A DNA stretch of 64,000 bases from Candidatus Hydrogenedentota bacterium (GCA_963745075.1 CAVUWV010000010.1:288001-352000), one strand, 5' to 3'. Positions 10,546 to 20,917 are shown, numbered from the stretch's first letter. Notes: a model not told the origin generated them from the letters alone. Translations and numbers: made by a program.

Positions 10546-11073
10546 TCACTTTCGGAGCACGGGCCCGTACCACTCGATTTCAAGTTCCGGGACCGCACCC
10601 GCGACAACGTCCGTGTACGCTACCGGTTCCACTTTCCGGATGCGCACCAGGTAGAACTCCCCGCTGTGCGCCTTTGCCCAGAACGCGAGGCCTTCCTTGC
10701 TTTCGTTGAGCGGGGTGATGCCGCGGACCGGCTTGGCGTTCTTTGGCGGGGGGGTGAGGTCCATCAGCTCGCTCCACGACTTCTGTCCGATGGGATACAG
10801 CAGGCCGACGGCTTTCGCGGTCTCACTGATAAGGGCGCCGTGAGCGCAATCGCCCTTGTCGAAGTAATAGACCAGGTTGACCGGGTCCGGATCGGAGATG
10901 GGCGGGGACAACATCCCTTTCTGGAACGAGTAAAACCCAATGAAACTGCGGGTCTTCCACGGGTACTCGCAGCGCAGCGTCGCTCGCTGCACATCCTGCA
11001 CTTCTTGTACGGTAGCGCACCCGGCCAGAAGGAGCGCCAAAACGGGGGCAAGAAGTAAATAACCACATTTCAT
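10546..11073 (-). CDS. Lipoprotein of unknown function
   Basis: Lipobox LLAGC after a hydrophobic leader. Confidence 0.7.
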   Translation of the reverse strand: MKCGYLLLAPVLALLLAGCATVQEVQDVQRATLRCEYPWKTRSFIGFYSFQKGMLSPPISDPDPVNLVYYFDKGDCAHGALISETAKAVGLLYPIGQKSWSELMDLTPPPKNAKPVRGITPLNESKEGLAFWAKAHSGEFYLVRIRKVEPVAYTDVVAGAVPELEIEWYGPVLRK

Positions 11074-11327
11074 CGGTTCACCCTCCGATGTCGTCTCGCC
11101 GGTGCGTGGCGTTCCCAGGGAATCGCGAACGAAAAATCACCTTATGAGAATTGAAAGTCTCATTTCCATCGCGTCACGTAAGGAATGCGTTTTTGCGCCA
11201 CTGACACGGAGAATTCCGGGCTAGAGGATACCTTGCAGAATTCCAGCGGGCGTTGCGATTCTGCAGAGCCGTACGCAACTCACCGTCGTATTTCGTTCGG
11301 GAGTCTTGGCCGGGTCTGGAAGGTCTT

Positions 11328-12266
11328 TCACTTCGTGCTAAAAGCACTCAGTTCCACGGGGACCGTCGTCGACTGCGAAGCGATACGTACGATATCCCTG
11401 GAGCGGTCGAGTGAGCCACCCGAGAACGATCGCACCAACGTTCCAGAAGGGGTGATCTCAATGCCGTCGCCGGAATAGTCGGCGATAAGGAGGTTGCCGG
11501 TGGATGGGTCGAATGACAACCCTGCGGCCCCCAACATTCCTGGTGTATTGACCCTATCGACATATATGGGTAGGGTTCCGGATATGTCGAACTTCGCGAT
11601 CGCGTAGCTACCTCCGAAATAATCGCCCACGTACAAGACTTTGTTGGCCTCGTCAATAGCCATGTCGGACGCCTTGCTAATCACCGAATTGATGTCGGTA
11701 CTGCCGACCAGTGTCCCATTCGATCGGAATTTGAAAATCACGTTGTCCACCCCGGCACCTGTGCTGTTTACGATGTATACGTTTCCCGATGCGTCCGCAT
11801 CGATGCCGCTCGGAAACACCAACGTCGAATCCGAGAACGACTCCGACAATAGTGCTCCTGACGTATATCGAAGGCTGGTGCGAGGATTTGAGGAATACCC
11901 GGTGGGACATATATAAACGTTTCCTGCGGCGTCCACTTCAATCTGATTGATAGCGATCGGTCCCACCGATCCCATCGATGCGGCGGCAACCGTTACAAAC
12001 GTGCCGATGTTGACGTTTGATGTGTTGTATATTAATACGTCCAGGGTGCTGTGAGTGCCAACCAACACATGTACACCGTCGGTCGTGGCGGATGTGACCT
12101 TGCTCGACGATGGCGACGTTTCGTTCATATACGAGCCGGTCGTGGTGAACGAGTAGGTTTTGTAATTGGAGCTGGCATCTTGTCCGGTGACGAATACTTC
12201 GTTTGCCGCAAACGCACCTGGATTCAGTACGACCATACAGAGCATTGCCCGCGAGAGCGTCGTCAT
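11328..12266 (-). CDS. Secreted beta-propeller-like protein ending in VPVELSAFSTK
   Basis: Signal peptide (AFA), repeats of the GIDADASGNVYI type, GGAGG RBS. Confidence 0.75.
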   Translation of the reverse strand: MTTLSRAMLCMVVLNPGAFAANEVFVTGQDASSNYKTYSFTTTGSYMNETSPSSSKVTSATTDGVHVLVGTHSTLDVLIYNTSNVNIGTFVTVAAASMGSVGPIAINQIEVDAAGNVYICPTGYSSNPRTSLRYTSGALLSESFSDSTLVFPSGIDADASGNVYIVNSTGAGVDNVIFKFRSNGTLVGSTDINSVISKASDMAIDEANKVLYVGDYFGGSYAIAKFDISGTLPIYVDRVNTPGMLGAAGLSFDPSTGNLLIADYSGDGIEITPSGTLVRSFSGGSLDRSRDIVRIASQSTTVPVELSAFSTK

Positions 12267-12550
12267 GATTTTCCCTCCCCAAAATATTCGTGGCCAAAAG
12301 ACGAACGCAGACATTCCCTACTTAGGCCCCCGCCGTAGGAATTACTGTAGTGTAAGCGCAGGTATTTGGCTGTGTCAAGCTCATATTTTTTGGCAAATGC
12401 GTGCCTTCGTTGACGCGCCCCCCCCGTTTCCATTTGGCACTTCCCCCCTGAAACTCGTATACTGCGGTTTCCCTATGCTTGAGGGACCGTGAAAATCGAT
12501 TCCGCGAAGGAATCTTCGACAACCACCAAATCTCCGGGAGGACTATTGGT

Positions 12551-13945
12551 ATGAGTGACAGTAGCTTTACGCGTCGGGCATTTCTTGCCGCTACGACGAC
12601 CACGGCAGCCCTGACGTTTACGGGCGCCGCGGCAAAACCGAACACGGCCGAAGTCGTGCCGGGCAAGAAATCTCCGAACGAGAAACTGAACGTGGCCGCC
12701 ATCGGCGCGGGCGGCAAAGGGCTTGGCGACATCATGAACTTTGCCACCGAGAACGTCGTCGCCCTGTGCGACGTCGACTGGAAACGGGCCGAAGAGGCGA
12801 CCTACCGTCTGCCTAATGCGAAACGGTTCAATGACTATCGCAATATGTTGGACCAGATGCCGGAAATCGACGCGCTCAACGTGTCCACCCCCGACCACAC
12901 CCATGCGCCGGCCGCGTACATGGCCATGAAGCTGGGCAAGCACGTCTACGTGCAGAAGCCGTTGACGCATACCGTCGCGGAAGCCCGCCTCCTGACCAAC
13001 ACGGCCCGCGAAATGAAGGTCATGACGCAGATGGGCAACCAGGGCCACTCCGGCGACGGCGCCCGACACGTCTGCGAAATGGTCTGGTCCGGCGCCATCG
13101 GTCCCGTGCGCGAGGCGCATGTCTGGACGCACCGCCCCGTGTGGGACAACCAGGGCCGTCCCGATCCGCTTCCGCCCGAGGTCACGCCGGAAGGCATGGA
13201 CTGGGATCGCTGGATCGGCACCGCGCCGTGGCGTCCTTACGACCACAAGTATGCGCCCCACGACTGGCGCGCCTGGCAGGATTTCGGTAGCGGCTGCCTG
13301 GGCGACATGGCCTGCCACATCATGGACCCCGTCTTTTGGGCATTGAAACTGGTCGAGTCGTCCGACTATACGGTCGAAATGGTCATGCAGGAAGGCAGCA
13401 ACGAGGAAACGTTCCCGCTGGTTACCACGATCAAGTACGCGTTCCCTGCGCGTGGAGACATGCCGCCGGTGGACGTCTACTGGTACGATGGCCATTGGGA
13501 CAGCGCGGACGGCACGAAGAAATACAACCGGCCCAAGCGTCCCGCCGGCATCCCCGAGGACTGCGTCCTCGGCGATGACAATCTGAACGGTTCCTTCCTG
13601 ATCGGCGACACCGGCATCCTGACCTGCGGCGAATACGGCGGTAACCCGCGCCTGGTGCCCGATGAGAAGATGACGGACTACAAGTATCCGGATCCGGTCA
13701 TTCCGCGCATTCCGGACGAGGACCACTACCAGAACTGGATTCACGCCTGCAAGACCGGTGAACCGGCCTGTTCCAACTTCGATTACTCGGGTCCCTTCGC
13801 CGAGATGGTTCAGTTCGGCAACCTCGTCGTGAAGTCCGGCCAGAAACTTCACTGGGACAACAAGAAGGGCGTTGTAACCAACGTCTCGAACCCCGCGGAA
13901 GTGGTCAGCAAAGAGTACCGCAAAGGCTGGGAGTTGCCCTGCTAA
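12551..13945 (+). CDS. Tat-exported Gfo/Idh/MocA family oxidoreductase
   Basis: TRRAFL twin-arginine motif, IGAGGKG, TPDHTH, HVYVQKPL, GDMACH. Confidence 0.9.
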   Translation: MSDSSFTRRAFLAATTTTAALTFTGAAAKPNTAEVVPGKKSPNEKLNVAAIGAGGKGLGDIMNFATENVVALCDVDWKRAEEATYRLPNAKRFNDYRNMLDQMPEIDALNVSTPDHTHAPAAYMAMKLGKHVYVQKPLTHTVAEARLLTNTAREMKVMTQMGNQGHSGDGARHVCEMVWSGAIGPVREAHVWTHRPVWDNQGRPDPLPPEVTPEGMDWDRWIGTAPWRPYDHKYAPHDWRAWQDFGSGCLGDMACHIMDPVFWALKLVESSDYTVEMVMQEGSNEETFPLVTTIKYAFPARGDMPPVDVYWYDGHWDSADGTKKYNRPKRPAGIPEDCVLGDDNLNGSFLIGDTGILTCGEYGGNPRLVPDEKMTDYKYPDPVIPRIPDEDHYQNWIHACKTGEPACSNFDYSGPFAEMVQFGNLVVKSGQKLHWDNKKGVVTNVSNPAEVVSKEYRKGWELPC

Positions 13946-13963
13946 CGCGGCACATAGACGAAT

Positions 13964-14002
13964 AACGGCCCCCGGTCGATTGACCGATCGACCGGGGGCC
14001 GT
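13964..14002. terminator. Hairpin between convergent genes (probable terminator)
   Basis: ACGGCCCCCGGTCGAT-TGACCG-ATCGACCGGGGGCCGT. Confidence 0.7.
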
Positions 14003-14047
14003 CTTCATTCTATGTTCGTGTTCGTCCGTGCAGGTCCGTGTCAGCCG

Positions 14048-14509
14048 TTACCCTTCGCCCCGGACCTCTTTCAACACCTTCATCTTCGCGTCGATCAGGA
14101 TTGGATGCTTCAGATTCATGAGCCGGGCGAGCTTGTGCACGAGAAAATCCTCGTGGCCGTCCAACACGTTATCCGCATAAATGAGGCGCCAGACCTCCTC
14201 GATGATTTGGATCTTCTCCTCATTCGAGCAGGCTTGGTTAATCTGGTTTGTGAATTTCCAGAGGTCGAAACTCTCTTCCCGTCGCTCCTGGGCAACGTGA
14301 ATCAGTTCTTCCGCTTCTTCCTGCGTAAGCTTAAACCGTTCGCGCAGGGCGGTGATGATGTATTCACACTCCACGGGCGAGAACTCGTCATCCGCACCGG
14401 CGACTTCCAGCAGAATTGCGCAGGTCGCGAGCCGCAGTTTCTCATCCGGATCGGTATCCTCGGGTGCAGCTTCGTCCACCGAGAATAATTTGAATAATCG
14501 TTCTAACAT
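14048..14509 (-). CDS. TerB family tellurite-resistance protein
   Basis: LLEVAGADDEFSPVE..WRLIYADNVLDGHEDFLVHKLARL. Confidence 0.85.
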   Translation of the reverse strand: MLERLFKLFSVDEAAPEDTDPDEKLRLATCAILLEVAGADDEFSPVECEYIITALRERFKLTQEEAEELIHVAQERREESFDLWKFTNQINQACSNEEKIQIIEEVWRLIYADNVLDGHEDFLVHKLARLMNLKHPILIDAKMKVLKEVRGEG

Positions 14510-14586
14510 ATCACGTCCTTTCGATTCCGATGGTATCATGATGAGCGAAATTGATTCCAAATCGGCTACCGGAGGATTTGCGCCCC

Positions 14587-15156
14587 ATGCGTGCCTTCAT
14601 TGCAATCGAATTGCCCGATTCCGTTCGCGTTCCACTAGGGGAACTGGTTTCGCGTTTGAAGAAGACCGGCGTACGAGCATCCTGGGTCTGCTCCGACCGC
14701 ATGCACCTGACCCTGCGATTCCTGGGTGACGTCACAGAAGGACACGTTGCCGCACTATCCGAGTCGATGAGCGAAGCATGTCACGACGCGAGCGCGTTTT
14801 CCTTAGCCTGCGAGGTACTCGGCGCGTTTCCCAACCTCCGGAAACCCGGTGTAGTCTGGGCGGGCATCGCGCCCCTCGAACCCGATCTTGCGCGTATACA
14901 GTCCGCCGCAGACCACAGCGCCGTGGCGTGCGGCCTCTCACCGGAGACCAAGCGGTTTCACCCCCACATCACGCTTGCGCGAATCAAAGACCCGAGAAAT
15001 GCATCGGCCTTGGCTCGCGCGGTAGAATTGGAAGGAGACTTTGCTGCGGGTGCATTCGCGGTTCCCCATGTGTCATTATTCTCCAGTGAGTTAACGCCGC
15101 GCGGGCCCGTCTACACTCGCATCCGCGAATTCCCATTGAAACGAGTGGAACCGTGA
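14587..15156 (+). CDS. thpR: RNA 2',3'-cyclic phosphodiesterase (2H family)
   Basis: MRAFIAI, two HxT motifs (HLTLRFLG, PHITLARIK), SELTPRGPVY. Confidence 0.9.
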   Translation: MRAFIAIELPDSVRVPLGELVSRLKKTGVRASWVCSDRMHLTLRFLGDVTEGHVAALSESMSEACHDASAFSLACEVLGAFPNLRKPGVVWAGIAPLEPDLARIQSAADHSAVACGLSPETKRFHPHITLARIKDPRNASALARAVELEGDFAAGAFAVPHVSLFSSELTPRGPVYTRIREFPLKRVEP

Positions 15157-15431
15157 TCGAAAAAAATGTCATCGAGAGTGTATGTACGTTTTACATGCTC
15201 CTGATTCTGGTGCGATGGTTCGCCCCGTTCCTGGAATTGAACATGCACGACGTCCGGTACCGGTGGATTGGCCGCGTGGTCGATCCCCTCGTCGGCGGCG
15301 TCAGGCGGATTCTCCCGAATTTGGGTCCCATGGATTTTGGGCCCCTCGCGACCCTTTTCATCGTATGGATTGTGCGCGAGGTCGCACTCGGGATGTTGCA
15401 AGGAGGGGGCCTTCGCGCCGTTGGGGGATGA
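15153..15431 (+). CDS. YggT family membrane protein
   Basis: VVDPLVGGVRRILP..MDFGPL. Confidence 0.8.
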   Translation: MIEKNVIESVCTFYMLLILVRWFAPFLELNMHDVRYRWIGRVVDPLVGGVRRILPNLGPMDFGPLATLFIVWIVREVALGMLQGGGLRAVGG

Positions 15432-15434
15432 GCC

Positions 15435-16127
15435 ATGTTGTTCCGCCGGCCGAAACAACCGTCCGGACCGCCGCCGGGGAGTGAAGAGGATTTCGCTCTC
15501 CAACGGGATCGGATGGTCGATAATCAGTTGGCAGCACGCAACATAAGCGATCCGCACGTGTTGGCAGCCATGCGCGCCGTCCCGCGCCACCGCTTTGTCC
15601 CCGATACGTTGCGCGAACATGCCTACGAAGACCGCCCGCTCGAAATCGGCCACGGTCAGACGATATCGCAGCCTTACATGGTTGCGCTCATGACCCAGTT
15701 GCTCCAGTTGCGGCCCACAGACCACGTGCTCGAAGTCGGCACGGGTTCCGGGTATCAAGCCGCGATCCTGGCCACCATCGCGCAAACCGTGGTGACGGTT
15801 GAACGTATCGAGGAAATCGGCGCCGCGACGGCGGAGCGTCTCGAAGCGTTGCACTACGCGAACGTCGAGGTGCATATCGGCGACGGCACCAAAGGCTGGT
15901 TCGATCGCGCGCCGTACGACGCCATCCTGGTCACCGCCGGGAGTCCCTCGGTGCCCTACCCGCTCAAAACGCAATTGGCGGAAGGCGGACGTCTCATCTG
16001 CCCCGTCGGACCCCGCGAAATGCAGCGGCTGATCCGCATCACGCGCGACGCGGACGGGTTTCACGAGGAGGAAGGAATCGGGTGCGTGTTTGTGCCGCTG
16101 ATCGGCGACGAAGGATGGACGCTGTAA
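15435..16127 (+). CDS. pcm: Protein-L-isoaspartate O-methyltransferase
   Basis: GQTISQPYMVA, VLEVGTGSGYQAA, APYDAILVTA, FVPLIG. Confidence 0.95.
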   Translation: MLFRRPKQPSGPPPGSEEDFALQRDRMVDNQLAARNISDPHVLAAMRAVPRHRFVPDTLREHAYEDRPLEIGHGQTISQPYMVALMTQLLQLRPTDHVLEVGTGSGYQAAILATIAQTVVTVERIEEIGAATAERLEALHYANVEVHIGDGTKGWFDRAPYDAILVTAGSPSVPYPLKTQLAEGGRLICPVGPREMQRLIRITRDADGFHEEEGIGCVFVPLIGDEGWTL

Positions 16128-16212
16128 GGCATGAGCGGCGACGACGGTCGGACCATCCGTCATCTCGCGGAAAGGCCCCGGCCAAACCCTACGGGTACCG
16201 CCCCGCGATCGA

Positions 16213-16620
16213 TCAGCTTGTTGCGTAAGGAAGCGCTCCGCTTCCGAGTATACGCGTCACGGCCGCACGGATCTCAGCGGGCTTCATTCCCACGGCCACA
16301 CATTCGCCGACCGCTTCCTGAAGATGGCCGTCCACCATCTGCATAGCCTTCGCATGGGCGATTTTGTAGGCCTTATCCGTGATCGTCACGCCGATACCCC
16401 GGCGGGTATTCACAATGCCCATCAATTCCAGGTCGCGATAGGCTTTGATGACGGTGTTGGTGTTAACGTTAAGCATTCCAGACATATCCCGCGCTGAAGG
16501 GGCCCGGTCGCCTGCCACCAGCCGCTTGGAAGCCACGGCGAACATCACCTGATTCTCAATCTGCACGTAGACCGCAATGGGACTGTCAATATTCACCGAG
16601 TACTGCAATTCGTCCTGCAT
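16213..16620 (-). CDS. GntR (YtrA-like) transcriptional regulator
   Basis: VYVQIENQV..PSARDMS..VNTNTVIKAYRDLE..RRGIG. Confidence 0.9.
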   Translation of the reverse strand: MQDELQYSVNIDSPIAVYVQIENQVMFAVASKRLVAGDRAPSARDMSGMLNVNTNTVIKAYRDLELMGIVNTRRGIGVTITDKAYKIAHAKAMQMVDGHLQEAVGECVAVGMKPAEIRAAVTRILGSGALPYATS

Positions 16621-16830
16621 ACATTCCACCTCTATGTGCTTCTGCCTTTTTGCTTTAGTCGACCCCCTCAGGCCGAAGAATTGCACGCGATCATAAAACA
16701 CGATTACCCAAAAAGCAAGCGTAGCGCTACACCGTTAGACGGGTTTAAGTTTGAATCCTAGAAAAGACGGAAATCAGTGCAAATCAATTACTTGTTAGGG
16801 CAAAGCCCACAGGATCAGCTATTGCTACCT

Positions 16831-17706
16831 TCAATACGGCGCGGAAATGGCTTCGAAGTGCATTCCATTGAAATCGTGCAGCATGACATCGTCCGTTACG
16901 CCGCGTTTACCGATTCGACCTGCGTACAGCCGGCCCTGGCTGGCCCAAACGAGCCGGCCCCCGTCCAGGTCGGCCCATTCCCAGTCGCGACAGTGGATCG
17001 GTTCGTCCAATTCCGGATGCTCCAATTCGTGTTCGTCGAAGTAGCAGCCGCGGCCTGGACGAGAGCAGGTGGCATACGCAAGTTTTCGCAGGATCCAGCC
17101 GTGGGGGAGCGGTTTCTCGAACACGGCACCGACATGGCACGGCAGCGATTCACGGTTGAGCGTGTGGAACTTCCATTCCCCGTCTACGATGCGACGATGT
17201 TTCTCGCAGGCAGTCATGGTCCAGCCATCACGCATCAACTGGTGGTAGTACACCCCCGGGCATTCGCCTCCGAAATAGCAGTCAAAAGGGTAGGTCTCCC
17301 TTCGAGTGAGGGAAGTTGGGATTCGTTCTTCCCGAATGCCACATGGCGCATTCAGCCAATACTCTTTCTTTGACATAAACAGCCCTCCGCCGTTCCAGCA
17401 GTCGCCTTTGGGCCAGAACCCGACCGCCTTCAGATACGGCGCACGTGAAAGCGCCGTCCAGGACCCTTTCGACTCTGCATGCCACTTGCCGTTCATGGCA
17501 AAGTAAAGGAAGTAGCGTCCGTCCGGCGAAATGTCGCTACGGCGTTCGTAAATCCGCCCGCGTAACCACTGGCCGAGGGTGAACGTGTCGTTCGCGCGGT
17601 CCCAGCCAATGGTCGCTACGGACTTCGACGGTCCACGCCGGATGACGACGGCATCGCGAGACTCGCGCGCCATCAGTACGTGAATTCGTGCGGGATAAAA
17701 GCCCAT
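16831..17706 (-). CDS. Hypothetical protein
   Basis: 291-aa ORF with GAGGAAGG RBS. Trp/Gly-rich, no recognised catalytic motif. Confidence 0.6.
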   Translation of the reverse strand: MGFYPARIHVLMARESRDAVVIRRGPSKSVATIGWDRANDTFTLGQWLRGRIYERRSDISPDGRYFLYFAMNGKWHAESKGSWTALSRAPYLKAVGFWPKGDCWNGGGLFMSKKEYWLNAPCGIREERIPTSLTRRETYPFDCYFGGECPGVYYHQLMRDGWTMTACEKHRRIVDGEWKFHTLNRESLPCHVGAVFEKPLPHGWILRKLAYATCSRPGRGCYFDEHELEHPELDEPIHCRDWEWADLDGGRLVWASQGRLYAGRIGKRGVTDDVMLHDFNGMHFEAISAPY

Positions 17707-17721
17707 GCCTTCCTCTTTGGA

Positions 17722-17822
17722 AAAAATGGGGACAGTAACCATTTATTCAACGAAGGTTATTGACTAGCGACGAGTATCTCGACTGAAAAAATGGTTACTG
17801 TACCCATTTGTCCCCATTTTTC
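17722..17822. repeat. Paired element AAAATGGGGACAGTAACCATTT ... AAAATGGTTACTGTACCCATTT (family B, 'CTGTCCCC')
   Basis: Inverted arms. Related GGTTACTGTCCCCAATT at ~34829-34846, and the IS110 target GTAGTCTGTCCCCAAT is similar. Confidence 0.7.
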
Positions 17823-17930
17823 CCGCATTTTTCCCGATTCGACAAGCCTAACCTATACTAGCGATAATACCGGGCAAGGCTGCCGGGTTTCGAAATCAGT
17901 GCGATTGTACCGGCATCAATCGAGGGCAAC

Positions 17931-19004
17931 GTGACGCAAGTACGCGACAAAAACGGCAAAACGGCCATACCCGCCATGGAGCGGGATTCCGAATTGCCGG
18001 TCCTGGACCGGCGAGCACGGCCCGTCCGCGATTTGCGCATCTCGGTAACCGACAAGTGCAACTTCCGGTGCCCCTATTGCATGCCCGCCGACCGCTACGG
18101 CGCCAATTACCGCTTCTTAAACCGCCGCGACCTGCTGACGTTCGAAGAGATTAGCAGAATCGCCGGGTCCTTCGTCCGTCTCGGCGTCACCAAATTGCGT
18201 TTGACCGGTGGTGAGCCACTGCTGCGCAAAGATCTGCCTCTTCTGGTCGAGATGCTGGCCGGGATCGACGGCGTGGAAGACCTCGCATTGACGACGAACG
18301 GGGCGCTGCTGCACGACCGTGCCGACGTGCTGCGCCGGGCCGGTCTCCACCGGGTCACGGTTAGCCTCGACTCGCTCGACCCCGGAGTTTTCCGGCAGAT
18401 GAGCGGGCAGCAAGACGGACCCGATGCGGTGCTGGCCGGCATCGAGAAGGCCGCGCACGTGGGACTGCGTCCTGTCAAGATCAACGTGGTGGTGCAACGG
18501 GGGGTAAACGACGATACCGTACTCGACATGGCCGAACGGTTTCGCGGGACCGGCCACGTGGTGCGTTTCATCGAATACATGGATGTCGGAAACTGCAACG
18601 GCTGGCGTAAAGAGGATGTGGTGCCGTCCCGGGAACTGGTCGCGCGGATTGCGTCCCGCTACCCCTTGGAACCCGTTGACCGCGACCACCCCGGCGAAGT
18701 GGCCGCGCGCTACCGCTATGTGGACGGAGCGGGGGAGATCGGGTTTATCTCGTCCGTAAGCGCCCCCTTCTGTGGGGCCTGTACTCGCGCGCGTTTGTCC
18801 GCCGACGGGAAGTTGTTCCTCTGCCTCTTCGCCGAAGACGGAGTCGATCTGCGCGGCCCTTTGCGGGATGGCGCGGATGAGACTGAACTGGGCGAACTGA
18901 TTGCCGCTACGTGGCGAGCACGCGACGACCGGTATTCGGAACTTCGCAACGGAATGTCTGATTCGTCCACGCGGAAGGTGGAGATGTACCATATTGGAGG
19001 ATAG
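17931..19004 (+). CDS. moaA: GTP 3',8-cyclase (start may be ATG 17976)
   Basis: LRISVTDKCNFRCPYC radical-SAM motif, FCGACTRARLSADG, C-terminal IGG. Confidence 0.95.
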   Translation: MTQVRDKNGKTAIPAMERDSELPVLDRRARPVRDLRISVTDKCNFRCPYCMPADRYGANYRFLNRRDLLTFEEISRIAGSFVRLGVTKLRLTGGEPLLRKDLPLLVEMLAGIDGVEDLALTTNGALLHDRADVLRRAGLHRVTVSLDSLDPGVFRQMSGQQDGPDAVLAGIEKAAHVGLRPVKINVVVQRGVNDDTVLDMAERFRGTGHVVRFIEYMDVGNCNGWRKEDVVPSRELVARIASRYPLEPVDRDHPGEVAARYRYVDGAGEIGFISSVSAPFCGACTRARLSADGKLFLCLFAEDGVDLRGPLRDGADETELGELIAATWRARDDRYSELRNGMSDSSTRKVEMYHIGG

Positions 19005-19012
19005 TCAGAATC

Positions 19013-19253
19013 AAATTCGAAGCACGAATCTCGAAATCCGAAACAATTCCAATTGACCAAAATTGAAATGCACAAGCGGTTTCACGTTGAGTGGTGGGTT
19101 CCAAGGATCTTGTTCGCAGATTGCGCAGATGTTCGCGGGTTGGAAGCGTGAGCGGGAAACGTGCGTAACAACGCAGAAATTGACCCGTTTCGAACATTGA
19201 ATCATTTGGGATTCAAATTTGTTTCGAGTTTCGTGCTCCGGATTTCTGATTTA
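19013..19253. repeat. Paired heptamer-based element (family C: AAATTCGAAGCACGAA..TCCGAAACAA ... TTTGTTTCGAGTTTCGTGCTCCGGATTT)
   Basis: Inverted arms between moaA and moaC. Same family at 34070-34148, 34556-34634 and ~53380-53420. Confidence 0.8.
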
Positions 19254-19295
19254 TCACAAGGGATTGAATGGCTTTCTGAGGGTGGATTTAGACAG

Positions 19296-19763
19296 ATGCT
19301 ATCCCACATAGACGACAACAACCAGCCCCGCATGGTCGACGTGGGGCACAAAGACGTGACCCGCCGCACCGCCTGTGCGCGCGCCGTCATCGCATTGCCT
19401 GCGGAGGTGCGCGCCGCGCTCAGCGACGGCGAAGTCCACACCAAGAAGGGGCCCGTGTTCCAGACCGCCATCATCGCCGGGGTCATGGCCGCGAAGAAGA
19501 CCAGCGACCTGATCCCGCTCTGCCATCCCATCGGGCTTGACGACTGCCAGATCACCATCGAACCCACCGAGGACGGTGACCTCCTCGTGGAATGCCGGAC
19601 TAGCGTGACCCACAAAACCGGCGTCGAGATGGAAGCCCTGACCGGCGCTACGGTCGCCGCGTTGACGGTCTACGATATGTGCAAGGCCCTGTCCCACGAC
19701 ATGGCGATCAAAGACGTGCGGCTGATCGAAAAACGGGGCGGAAAATCCGACTATGGGCTGTAG
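19296..19763 (+). CDS. moaC: Cyclic pyranopterin monophosphate synthase
   Basis: LSHID..MVDVG, LIPLCHP, TGVEMEAL, YDMCKA, KRGGKS. Confidence 0.95.
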   Translation: MLSHIDDNNQPRMVDVGHKDVTRRTACARAVIALPAEVRAALSDGEVHTKKGPVFQTAIIAGVMAAKKTSDLIPLCHPIGLDDCQITIEPTEDGDLLVECRTSVTHKTGVEMEALTGATVAALTVYDMCKALSHDMAIKDVRLIEKRGGKSDYGL

Positions 19764-20856
19764 TCATTCGGATAATAAACCACGTCGGCGCGCACCCTTT
19801 GTGTATAACCCCTTCGAGGTCGCCGTATCCGGGCCGGCGCAGGATACACGCAACACCCTTGTCGCTGCGCTGACGGTCCATTTCCAGGCCCGGCACCGTC
19901 TCGGCCATGTCATGCAGCGCGAACCACAGATGGAACCCGACACGATCGAGCGCATGGGCGTGAGCATGATTCGTGGCGACGGCCAACACGGGCTGATATA
20001 TCCCGAGGGCGAGGACGATTATCTCGGCGCGCGGCCGTTATTGGACGCCGACCTCGTGCTGATCGATGCACCGGGCAACACGGAAGTGCCGAAGCTTGTC
20101 GCCATTGGCGATGGGCCGGTGGAGGAGGAGTACGACGACGCGATCGCGTACGTAGGCGATTCGCGGGCCTGTCCCGTGCTGCCTTCCCATGCGACATACT
20201 TCACCGTCGATCGGCTCCCGGAAATCATCGACCGCGTAGACCGACATCTGTTTTCTACGATAGAGAAGACGCCATCGCTGGGCCTCGTCCTCGCGGGCGG
20301 CAAGAGTACCCGGATGGGGCAGGACAAAGGCGCCCTCGAGTATCATGGGAAACCGCAGGTGGTCCATTGTCACGAATTGCTGAGTGCCTTCTGCGACGAG
20401 GTGTTCGTATCGAGCCGGGTCGAACAGGCGTCGGACGCCGTTCACGCGGAATTGCCCCACATCGCCGACCGCTTCATCGACATAGGACCGATGGGGGGGA
20501 TTTTGTCCGCCCTAACCGCGGAGCCGGACGCGGCTTGGCTAGTGCTGGCCTGCGACTTGCCGTACGTGACGGAAGATACGCTCGATACCCTCGTGCGAAC
20601 CCGGAATCCGTTCAAGCTGGCCACTGCGTTTCGTAGTGCGAACGACGGATTCCCCGAACCCTTGTGTGCGATTTACGAGCCCAAGAGCGTGTACCGGCTG
20701 ATGGCCTTTCTCGCGCGGGGGTATTCCTGTCCGCGCAAGGTCCTCATCAACTCCGACACGCACCTCCTCGATGCGCGAGAGCATGGTGAACTGGACAATG
20801 TGAACAGCCCGCAAGAGTACCAAGCCGCCCGGGAAGCGCTAAGGCCGACTACCTAA
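19753..20856 (+). CDS. mobA: Molybdenum cofactor guanylyltransferase with degenerate MobB-like N-terminal domain
   Basis: LAGGKSTRMGQDKG, GPMGGI, LACDLP, PEPLCAIY. Confidence 0.8.
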   Translation: MGCSHSDNKPRRRAPFVYNPFEVAVSGPAQDTRNTLVAALTVHFQARHRLGHVMQREPQMEPDTIERMGVSMIRGDGQHGLIYPEGEDDYLGARPLLDADLVLIDAPGNTEVPKLVAIGDGPVEEEYDDAIAYVGDSRACPVLPSHATYFTVDRLPEIIDRVDRHLFSTIEKTPSLGLVLAGGKSTRMGQDKGALEYHGKPQVVHCHELLSAFCDEVFVSSRVEQASDAVHAELPHIADRFIDIGPMGGILSALTAEPDAAWLVLACDLPYVTEDTLDTLVRTRNPFKLATAFRSANDGFPEPLCAIYEPKSVYRLMAFLARGYSCPRKVLINSDTHLLDAREHGELDNVNSPQEYQAAREALRPTT

Positions 20857-20917
20857 GGTTTGTTTGGAATACTATTAGCCGCGAAAGAACGCAAAGAGCA
20901 CAAAAGAAACAAGAAAG

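Noticed and set aside
3793..12266. Co-oriented accessory genes as an integron cassette array
   Set aside because: No recurring attC (RYYYAAC..GTTRRRY) structures were found between genes, and no integrase.
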